DNA of 64,000 nucleotides from Gnetum montanum (lineage: Eukaryota; Plantae; Gnetophyta): positions 50,955-114,954 of the forward strand of contig MNCI01002922.1 of assembly GCA_015680685.1 (NCBI GenBank), written 5' to 3'. Shown piece by piece: positions 63,901-64,000 of the stretch. The translations under genes and the position numbers were made by a program. Numbering within the stretch: position 1 is the stretch's first letter; each line of letters opens with the position of its first letter. The notes beneath the pieces were generated by a model. That model worked only from the letters and a program-made list of their open reading frames with translations, ran no database searches and was not told the DNA's origin.

Positions 63901-64000
63901 AACCACTTAGAAATCATCATTTTTAACCCAGTTTTGATGCTATGTGAAGTTGCTCATGTTGAGGGTGAGAAAGCTGCCTTGGGAAAGCTAGGTGTGAGCT

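Larger units (their letters stand above)
54196..64000 (-). mobile_element. Tat-lineage LTR element encoding only gag-protease; 3' LTR about 54196-56842, 5' LTR from 61972 to beyond 64000
   Basis: Long direct repeats. 61949-61965 CCCTCCTTCTAGCACCA matches the plant tRNA-Asn 3' end with 1 mismatch (PBS on -). Gag YNGEGDPHAHL and YCHYHQMAGHSTDHC. No RT/RH/INT between the protease and the LTR. Confidence 0.88.

Overview
Land-plant nuclear scaffold (eukaryotic, GT-AG introns, four N gaps). It holds two convergent host genes: a filament-like plant protein (FPP) coiled-coil gene on + (6 coding exons, about 1109 aa, with an exonic 5x28-aa repeat), and a transmembrane RING-H2 E3 ligase on - (4 coding exons, about 456 aa, with a 9.5-kb TE-filled intron). 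Most of the rest is nested, decayed transposons: four related Athila-like Ty3/gypsy copies, a Galadriel-like chromovirus, a gag-protease-only Tat-like element with about 2.6-kb LTRs, Copia remnants, L1 and RTE LINE fragments, a hAT MITE, a solo LTR and tRNA-like SINE remnants. Most notable: (1) a conserved accessory gene with its own short intron in the 3' region of two apparently pol-less Athila-like elements; (2) an Athila-like insertion bounded by inverted LTR 5' ends with a matching 5-bp TSD; (3) a repeat/spacer-like array in the Tat element whose motif recurs inside its gag-pro region. All alignments were done by eye.
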